Origin: Acidobacteriota bacterium
Lineage (GTDB): Bacteria > Acidobacteriota > UBA6911 > RPQK01 > JAJDTT01
DNA length: 64,000 nt
Direction: 5' to 3'
NCBI GenBank assembly: GCA_965263035.1
Contig: OZ253580.1
Coordinates: 4,352,001-4,416,000 of the forward strand
A program made the position numbers and the translations under genes. The first letter of the stretch is position 1, and the number at the start of each line of letters is the position of its first letter. Below the pieces are notes generated by a model. The model had not been told where the DNA came from and did no database searches. It saw nothing but the letters and a program-made list of their open reading frames with translations. Shown piece by piece: positions 9,981-19,234 of the stretch.

Positions 9981-10518
9981 ATGAGTGAAATGATTCGACC
10001 GGCGGCCAAGGGTGCTCTGGCGGGTGGACTCGTCCTGTTCGTCTGGGGGATCGTCTACTGGATGGCACTTCCCTGGCACGAAGGGGTCTTCGGACAATTC
10101 CAGGACGAGGACGCCGTCGCTTCGGTCCTGACGCAGAATGCTCCCCAGCCGGGCATCTATGTTTATCCAGGCGGTCAGGACGAGGAAGCCATGGAGAAGA
10201 GGGCGCGGGGTCCCTTCGCCTTCGTCGTATTTCGTCCTGCGGGAATGGCGTCGATGGTCCGGCCCCTGTTGACTCAACTGGGCATCCAGGTCCTGGCAGC
10301 ATTCCTCATTTCCCTGCTTCTGGCCAGGAGTCGGAGATACCAGCTACTGGGGACGGGTCGGTTTCGTGGTCCTCCTGCTCTTGACGGCGGGCGTTCTGTG
10401 CCATCTCCCCAATTGGAACTGGTGGCATTTCTCCACGGGATACATCCTCACGGCATTCGTCGACTTGCTCGCCGGTGGATTTCTGGCGGCTCTGGTTCTG
10501 GCCCGAGTTATCAGATAG
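9981..10518 (+). pseudogene. multi-TM membrane protein with a +1 frameshift near 10326-10335 (or a sequencing error)
   Basis: First frame is hydrophobic up to LLLAR, then degenerates. The next frame continues SYWGRVGFVVLLLLTAGVLCHLPNWNWWHFSTGYILTAFVDLLAGGFLAALVLARVIR to TAG 10516-10518. Confidence 0.7.
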
Positions 10519-10534
10519 GGCTCCCATGGCGGTA

Positions 10535-10695
10535 GCAGCCTGCGCCGCAGAAATTGATCTACTGCGAAAGCGGTAGAATCGGCCCATATTTCCCCGATTT
10601 CTCGGCGAATGCAACAACTATGCACCTCCAAATCGAGAAAATCCGGCCTCGATTCTCCACTTTCTCGCTACGATCATTTCTACCGCGCAGACTCC
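10535..10695 (+). mobile_element. MITE-like element family A, copy 2 (161 bp)
   Basis: Colinear with 1845-2005, same length. Confidence 0.85.
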
Positions 10696-11900
10696 TGGCA
10701 GCCCGTGGCAAAAGTCGTCACGGCATTCGACCGTCCCTGCATCCCGGCGGACTGCGTTGCGACTCGGCCACGTACTCCCGGTATGCTCCCTCACCGCGCC
10801 TTGTCCGGCGGGCGCAGGACCGGTCTCGGTGCTCGTGGGACTTTCACCACGGACTGCTGGCCCTCGCCTTGCTGGTTCTCTCAGGTCTGGTTCCCTCTAC
10901 TTTGCAGGCTGCATCCCCGAAGACACCTCGCAAGGGGCCTTACGAGCTCCGGGGCCGAATCGTGCTGCCGGACGGAGGATCCTTTCGTGGAAATTCCCCA
11001 TTGGTGATCCTGGAGGCGGTGCAGTTCCCCTTGCGGCGAACGGTTCAGGCCGGATGGGATGGAAGATTCCGGATCAAGAAGTTGCCTCAGTCCGCCTACA
11101 AGATGGCGATCCTGGTCCCGGGTAGGGGCGAGATGAAGCGTACCGTGGACATCGGCCCCACCTTCGCCGACAAAAAGGGCCGCATCGAGGCCACTTTCGT
11201 GTTCGAACCCACCCTGTTGGCCGAACCCATGGCCACGGTCACGGCGACGCGGCTGTCGGTGGACTCCAAGGCCGTGAAGGCATACCGAAAGGCATTGAAA
11301 AAACTGGAGAAAGGAGAGTCGGCCGAGGCGATCAAGGAGTTGGAGAAGGCGGTCGAGATCGATTCCAGATATGCGGAGGCCTGGAATCGCCTGGGGACCA
11401 TCGCCTACGTCTCCCGGGATTTCCCTCGAGCGGAATATTGTTTCGGCCAAGCCCTCAAGCACGCTCCGGAATCCTATCCCCCGGTGGTCAATCTGGGCGC
11501 GGCGCTGCTGGAGCTGAACCAGACGAAGAAGGCGCTGGCCATGAACCTTCGGGCCGTTCGGATGAGGGAGAAGGATCCTCTGGCTCATGCCCAGTTGGGG
11601 AGTTCCTATTATCGACTGGGGCGTCATGGCAAGGCGATCAAACATCTCAAGCTGGCGAAACAACTGGCCCCCCGGCACCATTCCGGCCCCCAGTTGATCC
11701 TGGCGGATATCTACTGGTACCGGAAGGAGTATGCGGCGACCGCTCGAGAGCTGGCCGAGTTCCTCCACTATCATCCGGATTGGCCGGATTCGGACCGATT
11801 GAACGCCATCTTGCGGCGGGCACGGGCTCTCGCCGCCAAGCCGGTCAAGTCCAACGGCGACGGGAGGCAGGACGCCGAAGCAGGAGGGCCGACGCCATGA
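10620..11900 (+). CDS. exported carboxypeptidase-regulatory-like + TPR protein; start uncertain, 5' end interrupted by two MITEs (probable original ATG 10526)
   Basis: Signal-peptide h-region [18 protein letters not shown]; beta domain LRGRIV...DGRFRIKKL; TPRs ([14 protein letters not shown]). Confidence 0.7.
   Translation: MHLQIEKIRPRFSTFSLRSFLPRRLLAARGKSRHGIRPSLHPGGLRCDSATYSRYAPSPRLVRRAQDRSRCSWDFHHGLLALALLVLSGLVPSTLQAASPKTPRKGPYELRGRIVLPDGGSFRGNSPLVILEAVQFPLRRTVQAGWDGRFRIKKLPQSAYKMAILVPGRGEMKRTVDIGPTFADKKGRIEATFVFEPTLLAEPMATVTATRLSVDSKAVKAYRKALKKLEKGESAEAIKELEKAVEIDSRYAEAWNRLGTIAYVSRDFPRAEYCFGQALKHAPESYPPVVNLGAALLELNQTKKALAMNLRAVRMREKDPLAHAQLGSSYYRLGRHGKAIKHLKLAKQLAPRHHSGPQLILADIYWYRKEYAATARELAEFLHYHPDWPDSDRLNAILRRARALAAKPVKSNGDGRQDAEAGGPTP
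10698..10857 (+). mobile_element. MITE-like element family B, copy 1 (~160 bp)
   Basis: TIRs GCAGCCCGTGGCAAAAGTC / GACTTTCACCACGGACTGC; reverse-complement copy at 22002-22163. Confidence 0.85.
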
Positions 11901-13090
11901 CGGGCATCACGATGCTGGGGACCGGTCTCATTGGCGGGTTCTATACGCAGGCACTGCAGCGAAGAGGCCGGGAACAGGTCCTGGCCGTCTATTCCCGAAC
12001 TCTGCAGCGGGCGCGGGACTTTGCGCGCCGGTGGGACATTCCCCGCTGGACCGCAGACCTGGAGGAAGCCGTCGGCGATTCCCAGACCCAGGTGGTGGTG
12101 GTCGGGCTTCCCAATGACCTGCACCGGAAAGCGGTGGAACTGGCCGCCCGTGCGGGCAAAGCGGTTCTGTGCACCAAGCCCCTGGCCCGGACCGGCGCCG
12201 AATCCCGGCGCATGCTGGAGACGGTGGAACAGGCGGGCGTCTTTGCCGGATATCTGGAAGATCTGGTCTACACCCCCAAGACGTTGAAGGCACTGGAAAC
12301 GGTGAGGTCCGGTGCCCTGGGCCGGATTCTCTGGGTCCGTTCCCGAGAGGCTCATTCGGGTCCGCACAGCGCCTGGTTCTGGGACCGTGCCCAAGCCGGC
12401 GGTGGCGCCATCGTCGATCTGGGCTGCCACTGCATCGAGATCATCCGCAGTTTCGTGGGCAAGGAGGTCTACCCCAGGGAGGTCCTGTGTTGGGCCGACA
12501 CCCTGGTACATCCGGTGGAGAGCGAGGACAACTCGGTGACGCTCATCCGGTTCGACGGCGGAGCGCTGGGACAGTTCGAGGTGAGCTGGACCTTTCGGGG
12601 GGGAATGGACCTGAGAGACGAAGTCTCGGGAACCGAGGGGACGATCTGGCTCAACCACTTCCTGAGAACCGGATTCGAGATCTACTCCTCGAAGAGTGGA
12701 TCCGGCTACGTGGCGGAAAAGGCAGAGGCCGAGGCGGGGTGGACCTTTCCGGTGGGCGACGAGGTGGAGGAGTTGGGATACGGCCGGATGTTCGACGACA
12801 TGTTCCGGTCCATGGAGGCCGGGAAATCCCCGCGGGAGACCTTTTATGACGGCTACGTGGTCAACGCGATCATCGACGCCTGCTACCGCTCCGCTGAGTC
12901 CAGACGGTGGGAGCCCGTCGATCTGGATCCCTGGCGTGGAAGCCTTGAGGCCCCGTCGACCGGCGCGGGGGCCGAGACGTTCGGAGGGAGTCTCGTTGTC
13001 AAGCGGGAGCGAATGCCCGACGGTCGCCTGAAGCTCATCCTGAAGGATCCTGAATCGGGCCGGATCACGGAACGCTGGGAAGAGAATTGA
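11897..13090 (+). CDS. Gfo/Idh/MocA oxidoreductase
   Basis: [25 protein letters not shown]; ATGA overlap with the upstream gene. Confidence 0.9.
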   Translation: MTGITMLGTGLIGGFYTQALQRRGREQVLAVYSRTLQRARDFARRWDIPRWTADLEEAVGDSQTQVVVVGLPNDLHRKAVELAARAGKAVLCTKPLARTGAESRRMLETVEQAGVFAGYLEDLVYTPKTLKALETVRSGALGRILWVRSREAHSGPHSAWFWDRAQAGGGAIVDLGCHCIEIIRSFVGKEVYPREVLCWADTLVHPVESEDNSVTLIRFDGGALGQFEVSWTFRGGMDLRDEVSGTEGTIWLNHFLRTGFEIYSSKSGSGYVAEKAEAEAGWTFPVGDEVEELGYGRMFDDMFRSMEAGKSPRETFYDGYVVNAIIDACYRSAESRRWEPVDLDPWRGSLEAPSTGAGAETFGGSLVVKRERMPDGRLKLILKDPESGRITERWEEN

Positions 13091-13154
13091 TTCAGCCTCT
13101 CCCTCAGGTCAGATAATCCGATCCGTGCAGTTTGACAACCTCGGCAGCAATCCA

Positions 13155-13186
13155 TTTCTCTTTTCTATTTACTCTTTTCTCTTTCC
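13155..13186 (-). repeat. purine heptamer tandem tract
   Basis: TTTCTCT TTTCTAT TTACTCT TTTCTCT TTCC. Confidence 0.6.
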
Positions 13187-13192
13187 TGGCCT

Positions 13193-14005
13193 TCAGTGCT
13201 CCATGACCATCCCGCCGTCGATGTTGATGGACTGGCCATGGATCCAGGAAGCCGCCTCGGTGCACAGGTAGGCGATGAACGCTCCCACTTCCTCTCGCGT
13301 CCCGGTGCGTCCGATGGGGTGCGACTCTCCCATCTTTTTCCACTGTTCTCCCCGGCCGAACCGGTCCATGCGTGACGTGTCCACGGCGGCGGGGCAGATG
13401 CAGTTGACGTTGACTCGGTGCGGACCCAGTTCCTGTGCCAGCGACTGGGTCATGCCGACCTGGGCAAAATTGGCGGCGCAGTAGGCCAGGGCTTCGGCGG
13501 CTCCCCGCTTTCCGGCCGAAGAAGCCACGTTCACGATCTTCCCCCCGTCTCCCTGCCGGATCAACGACGGGATCACCGCCCGGGCGCAGAGGTAGTTGCC
13601 CCGGACCTTGACGTCCAGCACCCTCTGAAAGACATCCGGGTCCAGCTCGGCGGTGGCGACGCGGTCGCGGCCGATGGGCATGGCCGCGTTGTTGATCAGG
13701 ATGTCGACCCGGCCGAATTCCTCCAGGGTGCGGGTGACCATCCTGTCCACCTGCTCCACCCGGGTCACGTCCACCACCAGAGGGAGGGCCTTTCTGCCCA
13801 GCTCGCGCACCCGCTCCGCGGTGCTCCCCACGTCCCGCCATCCCAGTTTCCGCTCATCGGGTGGAAAGGTTTCCGGGTCTCGACCGGTGCCGGTGACCAC
13901 GATGTCGGCCCCCAAACGGGCCAGGGCCATGGCGGTTTCGAATCCGATGCTCCGGAGGCGGCCCGCTCCGGTGATGATGGCCACCTTGCCGTTCAACTCG
14001 CCCAT
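13193..14005 (-). CDS. SDR family oxidoreductase
   Basis: TGAGRLRSIG, INNAA, YCAANF (Lys of YxxxK replaced by Asn), GQSINIDGG. Confidence 0.88.
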   Translation of the reverse strand: MGELNGKVAIITGAGRLRSIGFETAMALARLGADIVVTGTGRDPETFPPDERKLGWRDVGSTAERVRELGRKALPLVVDVTRVEQVDRMVTRTLEEFGRVDILINNAAMPIGRDRVATAELDPDVFQRVLDVKVRGNYLCARAVIPSLIRQGDGGKIVNVASSAGKRGAAEALAYCAANFAQVGMTQSLAQELGPHRVNVNCICPAAVDTSRMDRFGRGEQWKKMGESHPIGRTGTREEVGAFIAYLCTEAASWIHGQSINIDGGMVMEH

Positions 14006-14153
14006 CCCCTGCCTCCCTTCGGCACTGCTTCGATACCAGCCGCTCAGTCTACTACGACGCCTGGAACCCTTCCCATCCAGCTTGCCGCTATCCGGGAAAG
14101 GACGTACTATCTCCCTGGTCTGGTTCGAAATCAATCTACAAAGGAGGGACGCC

Positions 14154-14651
14154 GTGAAGATTCGGTACTCACTGGCAATCGCATTGTTTCTGGGGGCGTC
14201 GGCGGCGCTGCTGTCCCACCCCCACCTCAACAAGATGGTGAAGGCCACGCTTCCCAGCAAGGTCGAGGCCAGCATCACGTACTACACCGTGCCGGCCAAC
14301 ATGGAGCACGTGAAGAAGGTCCAGGTCGGTAACTTCATACCCAGCCGGGCCGTCCTCTCCCTGTCAGGCGGCACCGCTTCCGGGTCGACCATGATTCAGG
14401 CCGGAGACTACACCATCGGCGCCGTCAGGAACGCCGCCGATTGGACCCTGGCGCTCTATCCGGGCAAGCCGGCCCGCGGAATGGTGCCGGACAAATCCAA
14501 AGTGATCTCCCTCGATTCCAGCTTCTCCGACTCGGAGGGCACTGCCCACCACGTCTCCTTCGACCTGGCGCCGGGCCATGGCAAGCTGGAGGGCAAGACG
14601 ACTTTGATCTGGCACTTTGGCAACCTTTACCTTGCCGGAGCTTTGCAATAG
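14154..14651 (+). CDS. exported hypothetical protein, possibly DUF2911-like
   Basis: AAGGAGG SD then GTG; signal peptide; AGDYTI and terminal WHFG motifs. Confidence 0.75.
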   Translation: MKIRYSLAIALFLGASAALLSHPHLNKMVKATLPSKVEASITYYTVPANMEHVKKVQVGNFIPSRAVLSLSGGTASGSTMIQAGDYTIGAVRNAADWTLALYPGKPARGMVPDKSKVISLDSSFSDSEGTAHHVSFDLAPGHGKLEGKTTLIWHFGNLYLAGALQ

Positions 14652-14734
14652 CCCGTCTTGGTGACCATCCCGCGTGACGGCGAGAGCGAGGCGCGGGCCG
14701 GATCGACGTGGGAAGGGCCGCGGGTTCTCCGGGC

Positions 14735-15586
14735 ATGATTCCCGGCATCGTGAGCAACTGCTGGCAGCGGCAGTTGGGACAGGGAGTTGCGCTGGAGGAC
14801 CTGCTGAGCCAGGCGTTGGACCGAGGTTACCGCGCCATAGAATTGAGGCAGACCTGTCTGGGTTCATTCGAGGAGCGGGAGGGCTTTGTGCCCAAGGTGG
14901 CGGCCCTGGGACGCTTGGCGGACCGCTTCCAGGAGATCCGGTTCGATCTGGCTCTCGCTTTTCCGTTCCTGGGTCCCGGCGGAGTCGTTGAAGACCCGCT
15001 GTTCCAAAGCGGAGTGGACGCCGCACGGGCGCTGTCGGGCCGCTTTCATCCCCATCTGCGGCTGGTCGACTTGGCGACCACCGGCGAAATGCTGAAGGGA
15101 AGGGAGCCACAGGTCGCCCATCAGGTGGCGCGGCTCGCCGAACCGCTGGCGGACGCCGGAGGTTGGCTTTCTCTGGAGCATTCCAAACAACCTTGGACCC
15201 GTTTCACCCGAGTGATGGGCGAGGCCCATCACCTCCTGGGAAGCCGTTCGGACCATCTCCGCCTCTGTTACGATCCCGTCAATCTGCTGTTCGCTCCCGA
15301 CCGGCCCGATCCGTCTCAGGTGGTCCGGAGCCTGGATGGTTCCAATTTGTCGATGGTCCACTTGAAACAGTTCCAGGCCGGGGAGCTCCAGACCTCGATC
15401 GAGGACGGAGAGATCGACTGGGAAGCCCAGATCACCGGTCTGGCACGGCACGGATACGACGGACCCGCCCTTTTCGAGGTCCGGTCGGACGAAACGATCT
15501 GGAGGAATCTCGATCGGAGCCGGGCCTATTTGGAGTCATTCGGCGGGCGTTTCAGGGACACCCAGTCTGGAGGAGGAGTGGAATGA
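14735..15586 (+). CDS. sugar phosphate isomerase/epimerase (xylose-isomerase-like TIM barrel)
   Basis: GYRAIEL, LSLEH, CYDPVN, VHLKQ, GYDGPALFE. Confidence 0.82.
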   Translation: MIPGIVSNCWQRQLGQGVALEDLLSQALDRGYRAIELRQTCLGSFEEREGFVPKVAALGRLADRFQEIRFDLALAFPFLGPGGVVEDPLFQSGVDAARALSGRFHPHLRLVDLATTGEMLKGREPQVAHQVARLAEPLADAGGWLSLEHSKQPWTRFTRVMGEAHHLLGSRSDHLRLCYDPVNLLFAPDRPDPSQVVRSLDGSNLSMVHLKQFQAGELQTSIEDGEIDWEAQITGLARHGYDGPALFEVRSDETIWRNLDRSRAYLESFGGRFRDTQSGGGVE

Positions 15587-16581
15587 GAAAAACAACGATT
15601 GCGAACTCAGGGGTCCTTCTGGTGGGCCTTGGTCTGCTTGCCGTCGGAGTGCACCTGGCCTGCCAGGGCGAGCAGGCGGCTGACCGATATCGACTGACGG
15701 CCGCGGACATCGAGCGCTGGATGACGGAGCTGTCGAGTTGGGGCCGGTGGGGCGAGGAGGACGAGCTGGGGGCGGTGAACCTGATCACACCCGCCAAGCG
15801 GCGGGAAGCGGCCCGGTTGGTCCGCGAAGGAGTCTCCGTGTCCCTGGCCCGGAACGCGGAGATGACCGAGGCCGTCGACAATCCCTATCCCTTCGCGCAA
15901 GAGATGAAGATGACGCCTCCCTTTGCCAGCGACGTCTTCTCGGTCCGCTATCACGGATACGCACACACCCACATCGATTCCCTCTGCCACCTGATGCATG
16001 GGGGAAAGCTCTACAACGGCTTTCCGGAGACGGAAGTGACCGAGGCGGGGGCCAACAAGCTTTCCGTCCTGGAAATGAAAAACGGCATCTTCACCCGTGG
16101 AATTCTCATGGACATTCCGAGGCTCAAGAAGGTGCCTTATCTGGACCCGGAGACGGCCATCTATCCTGACGATCTGGAGGCCTGGGAGAAGCAGGCCGGG
16201 GTTCAAGTGGCCAGCGGTGATGCGGTCTTCGTCCGGACGGGCCGTTGGGCCCGCCGCGACGAAAAGGGCCCCTGGGATGTGGGCAAGAGCTCGGCAGGGC
16301 TTCACGCCTCCTGCGTGAAGTGGTTGAGGCAGCGGGACGTGGCCCTGGTGGGCAGCGATGCCGCGTCCGACGTCCTCCCGTCCCAGATCGAGGGCGCCGG
16401 TCAGCCGGTCCATCAGTTGCTGCTCGTGGCCATGGGAGTCCCCATCTTCGACAATTGCGATCTGGAGGCGCTGGGGAAGGAGGCCGAGAAACAGGGCCGC
16501 TGGGAATTTCTCCTCACCGCGGCCCCGCTTGCGGTTCCGGGAGGGACCGGCTCGCCGTTGAATCCCATCGCCACTTTCTAG
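15583..16581 (+). CDS. cyclase/kynurenine formamidase-family metallohydrolase, probable lipoprotein
   Basis: RWGEEDELGAVN, HGYAHTHID, VRTG, GGTGSPLNPIA; HLAC lipobox. Confidence 0.88.
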   Translation: MRKTTIANSGVLLVGLGLLAVGVHLACQGEQAADRYRLTAADIERWMTELSSWGRWGEEDELGAVNLITPAKRREAARLVREGVSVSLARNAEMTEAVDNPYPFAQEMKMTPPFASDVFSVRYHGYAHTHIDSLCHLMHGGKLYNGFPETEVTEAGANKLSVLEMKNGIFTRGILMDIPRLKKVPYLDPETAIYPDDLEAWEKQAGVQVASGDAVFVRTGRWARRDEKGPWDVGKSSAGLHASCVKWLRQRDVALVGSDAASDVLPSQIEGAGQPVHQLLLVAMGVPIFDNCDLEALGKEAEKQGRWEFLLTAAPLAVPGGTGSPLNPIATF

Positions 16582-16783
16582 GAAAGAGGAACGAGAAAAG
16601 AGAAAAAAGGAAAGAGAGATGCTCCCCCGCCGGTGGACGTCCAGCAGAGTCCGGGAAGAAACAAGACATCGAGCCAGTGGGGCTCAGGCCTGGTCGACCA
16701 GATCAAATTCCTGCCTGCGCCCTACAACGCGTCAACGACCCTCCTTTCTTCACTCTTTCCTCTTTCCTCTTTGCTCTTTCCTC
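16581..16783. repeat. inverted pair of purine heptamer tracts (arms 16581-16618 and 16744-16783)
   Basis: GGAAAGA GGAACGA GAAAAGA GAAAAAA GGAAAGA ... TCCTCTT TCCTCTT TGCTCTT TCCTC. Confidence 0.7.
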
Positions 16784-16835
16784 TGTTTCTCAGAAGAGTG
16801 AAGAGCGCTTTTCCCCAGCGGGTTTGGAGTTTGCC

Positions 16836-17882
16836 ATGCAAAGAGTGAGAGTAGGCTTGATCGGGGCCGGCTGGGTCGCGGTGAATCGCCACCTGCCGGC
16901 CCTTCAGAAGATTCCGGAGGCGGACCTGAACCTGATCTGGTCCCGCAACCGGGACAAGGCCCGGGACGTGGCCGGCCGTTTCGGAGTCCGCGCGACCGTA
17001 TCCCGATGGCAGGACGTGATCCATTCGTCCGAGGTGGACGCGGTCGTCATAGCGACGCCTCCGGTCCTCCACCTGCCGGCAACGGTCGAAGCCCTGGAAG
17101 CGGGGAAGCATGTCCTCTGCCAGGCTCGAATGGCGCGGAACCTGGATGAGGCCCGAAAAATGGCGGCGGCGGCCCAGGCGTCCCGCCTGGTGACGGCCCT
17201 GTATCCGCCCTTGCCCGGTCTCAAGGGCGACCGCGTCATGATCCGGCTTCTGCACGAAGAGGGATTCGTGGGCCAGATTCGTGAGGTCCGGATCACGGGA
17301 ATGAGCGTGGACACCGATCCGGAGAGCTACCGGAGTTACCGTTGGGACCCGCAGGTCTCGGGAATCAACACCATGACTCTGGGAATGTGGAACGAGGTGG
17401 CCAATCGATGGTTGGGGCCCACGGTCCGGGTGGCGGCGCTGGCTCGGTCTCACCGGCACGGCGGCTCCGCGCGCATGGGTGTTCCCGACTCGGTGGCGGT
17501 GGCTGCCCAGTTGGAGTGCGGCGCCACCGCCAGTTACCACTTCTCCAATTGGGCCGCCGGATCTCCCGGGAGCCGAATTGAGGTCTACGGTGACCGGGGC
17601 GCTCTCATCTACCGTCTTTTTGCCGAGGAGATTCAGGGTCTCACGGGAGCGGACGCCGAGTTCAAGCCGATTCCCATCCCCAGTGGGGAGCAGCGGGTGC
17701 AGGACACCGACTCCCAGTTCATTCGCGCCATCTTGCAAGGAACTCCGGTGGATCCGTCCTTCCGGGAAGGACTGCTCTACATGCAGTTCCTGGAAGCCGT
17801 GGCCCTTTCGTTGAAGACGGGCCGGTCGGTCTCACTGCCGACAGAGCCGCGCATGGAGACGTGGGACCGATTTCTGAACTAG
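16836..17882 (+). CDS. Gfo/Idh/MocA oxidoreductase (CQARMA variant)
   Basis: GLIGAGWVA, VIATPP, HVLCQARMA. Confidence 0.87.
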   Translation: MQRVRVGLIGAGWVAVNRHLPALQKIPEADLNLIWSRNRDKARDVAGRFGVRATVSRWQDVIHSSEVDAVVIATPPVLHLPATVEALEAGKHVLCQARMARNLDEARKMAAAAQASRLVTALYPPLPGLKGDRVMIRLLHEEGFVGQIREVRITGMSVDTDPESYRSYRWDPQVSGINTMTLGMWNEVANRWLGPTVRVAALARSHRHGGSARMGVPDSVAVAAQLECGATASYHFSNWAAGSPGSRIEVYGDRGALIYRLFAEEIQGLTGADAEFKPIPIPSGEQRVQDTDSQFIRAILQGTPVDPSFREGLLYMQFLEAVALSLKTGRSVSLPTEPRMETWDRFLN

Positions 17883-18042
17883 GAGCCTGCGCCGCAGAAA
17901 TTGACCTACTGCGAAAGCGGTAGAATCGGTCCATATTTCCCCGATTTCTCGGCGAATAGAACAACTATGCACCTCCAAATCGGGAAAATCTGGCCTCGAT
18001 TCCCCGCTTTCTCGCAACGATCATTTCTAGCGCGCAGACTCC
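17882..18042 (+). mobile_element. MITE-like element family A, copy 3 (161 bp)
   Basis: Colinear with copies 1 and 2; its first G completes the TAG stop of the upstream gene. Confidence 0.85.
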
Positions 18043-18101
18043 AAGGAATCAGCAACCGGGAAATCGTTTGGAATTTGAGATTTGGAGTTTGCGGCACGCT
18101 T

Positions 18102-18896
18102 TCAGGCCGCGGTCCAGCCCGCGTCCACCATCAGGTTGTTCCCGGTGATGTGACGAGCCGATTCGGAGCAGAGAAAGAGGATCGCCTGGGCCAGCTCCTC
18201 GGGTTCCACCCACTCCTTCTGAGGGATGGGGCCAAACATGACCTTTTCCAGAACCTGCTGCCGTGAGAGTCCGTGAAGCTCGGCCTGCTTGTCGACCTGA
18301 TTCTCCGTCAGGCGAGTCCGCGTATAACCGGGTGAGACGGCGTTGACCGTGATGCCCCGGGTGGCCACTTCCAGGGCCACGGTCCGGGTGAGTCCCAGCA
18401 GGCCGTGCTTGGCGCTCACGTAGGCCGTTTTGAAGGGGGAGGCCACCACGGCGTGAATGGAGGTCATGTTGATGATCCGTCCCCACCCCTGGGCCGTCAT
18501 ACCGGGTACGAAGCGCCGGATGTAGAGAAAGGGTCCCCGCAGCAGGATGCCGTTCAGCCGGTCCCACTCCGGAATAGGGAATTCCTCCACCGGACTGAGG
18601 TATTGCACGCCGGCGTTGTTGACCAGAATCTGAACCGTCCCCAGCGCCCTTGTGCAGTCTTCGTGGACCCGGTCCACGTCGCCTTCCGCGGCCACGTCCG
18701 CGATCAACGCCAGCGCCCTCCCTCCCTGCTGCCGGATGGAAGCCGCTACGGCTTCTACGGCGTCTCGGTCCAGGTCCACGCAGCAGACGGCGGCGCCGGC
18801 CGAAGCCAGAGCGAAGGCCACCTCACGGCCGATGCCGTTGCCCGCGCCCGTCACCAGCGCAACTCGTCCCTCCAAATTCACGGCTGCAGCATTCAT
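18102..18896 (-). CDS. bdhA: 3-hydroxybutyrate dehydrogenase-like SDR
   Basis: TGAGNGIG, NNAGVQYLSPVEEFP, ASPFKTAYVSAKHG, PGYTRT. Confidence 0.8.
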   Translation of the reverse strand: MNAAAVNLEGRVALVTGAGNGIGREVAFALASAGAAVCCVDLDRDAVEAVAASIRQQGGRALALIADVAAEGDVDRVHEDCTRALGTVQILVNNAGVQYLSPVEEFPIPEWDRLNGILLRGPFLYIRRFVPGMTAQGWGRIINMTSIHAVVASPFKTAYVSAKHGLLGLTRTVALEVATRGITVNAVSPGYTRTRLTENQVDKQAELHGLSRQQVLEKVMFGPIPQKEWVEPEELAQAILFLCSESARHITGNNLMVDAGWTAA

Positions 18897-19228
18897 GGTC
18901 CGTCTCCCTCTCCCTCCAGTTCCTCCAGTGCCCGGACCAGCTCTTCCCGCGCATGCTGGTTCCCCTGCGATTCGGCGATCCGGATGCCGCGAGCGAGGGC
19001 CTCCCGAGCCTGCCCGATTTCTCCCGACAGGACCAGAGCCGCTCCGAACTGGTAGTAGGCAGGGACGTACTGGGGGTGGCACTCCACCAAGCGGCCGAAG
19101 GTCTGGATGGTTTCCTCGATCCTGCCCAACCGTTTGTACTCCATGGCCAGACCGTAGAGCGGAAAGGGATCGTCAGAGCCCTTGCCCACCAATTGCCGGA
19201 GCCTTTCCAGTCGGGAGGGAGCAGACAT
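18893..19228 (-). CDS. small TPR protein
   Basis: DPFPLYGLAMEY, YVPAYYQFG, GNQHAREEL. Confidence 0.85.
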   Translation of the reverse strand: MSAPSRLERLRQLVGKGSDDPFPLYGLAMEYKRLGRIEETIQTFGRLVECHPQYVPAYYQFGAALVLSGEIGQAREALARGIRIAESQGNQHAREELVRALEELEGEGDGP

Positions 19229-19234
19229 GAGTTC

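Noticed and set aside
1645-18266. Recurring small ORF starts (MFYSPRNRGNM..., MEVHSC..., YCESGRIGPYF...) as a peptide family
   Set aside because: They are translations of family A repeats running into unrelated flanks
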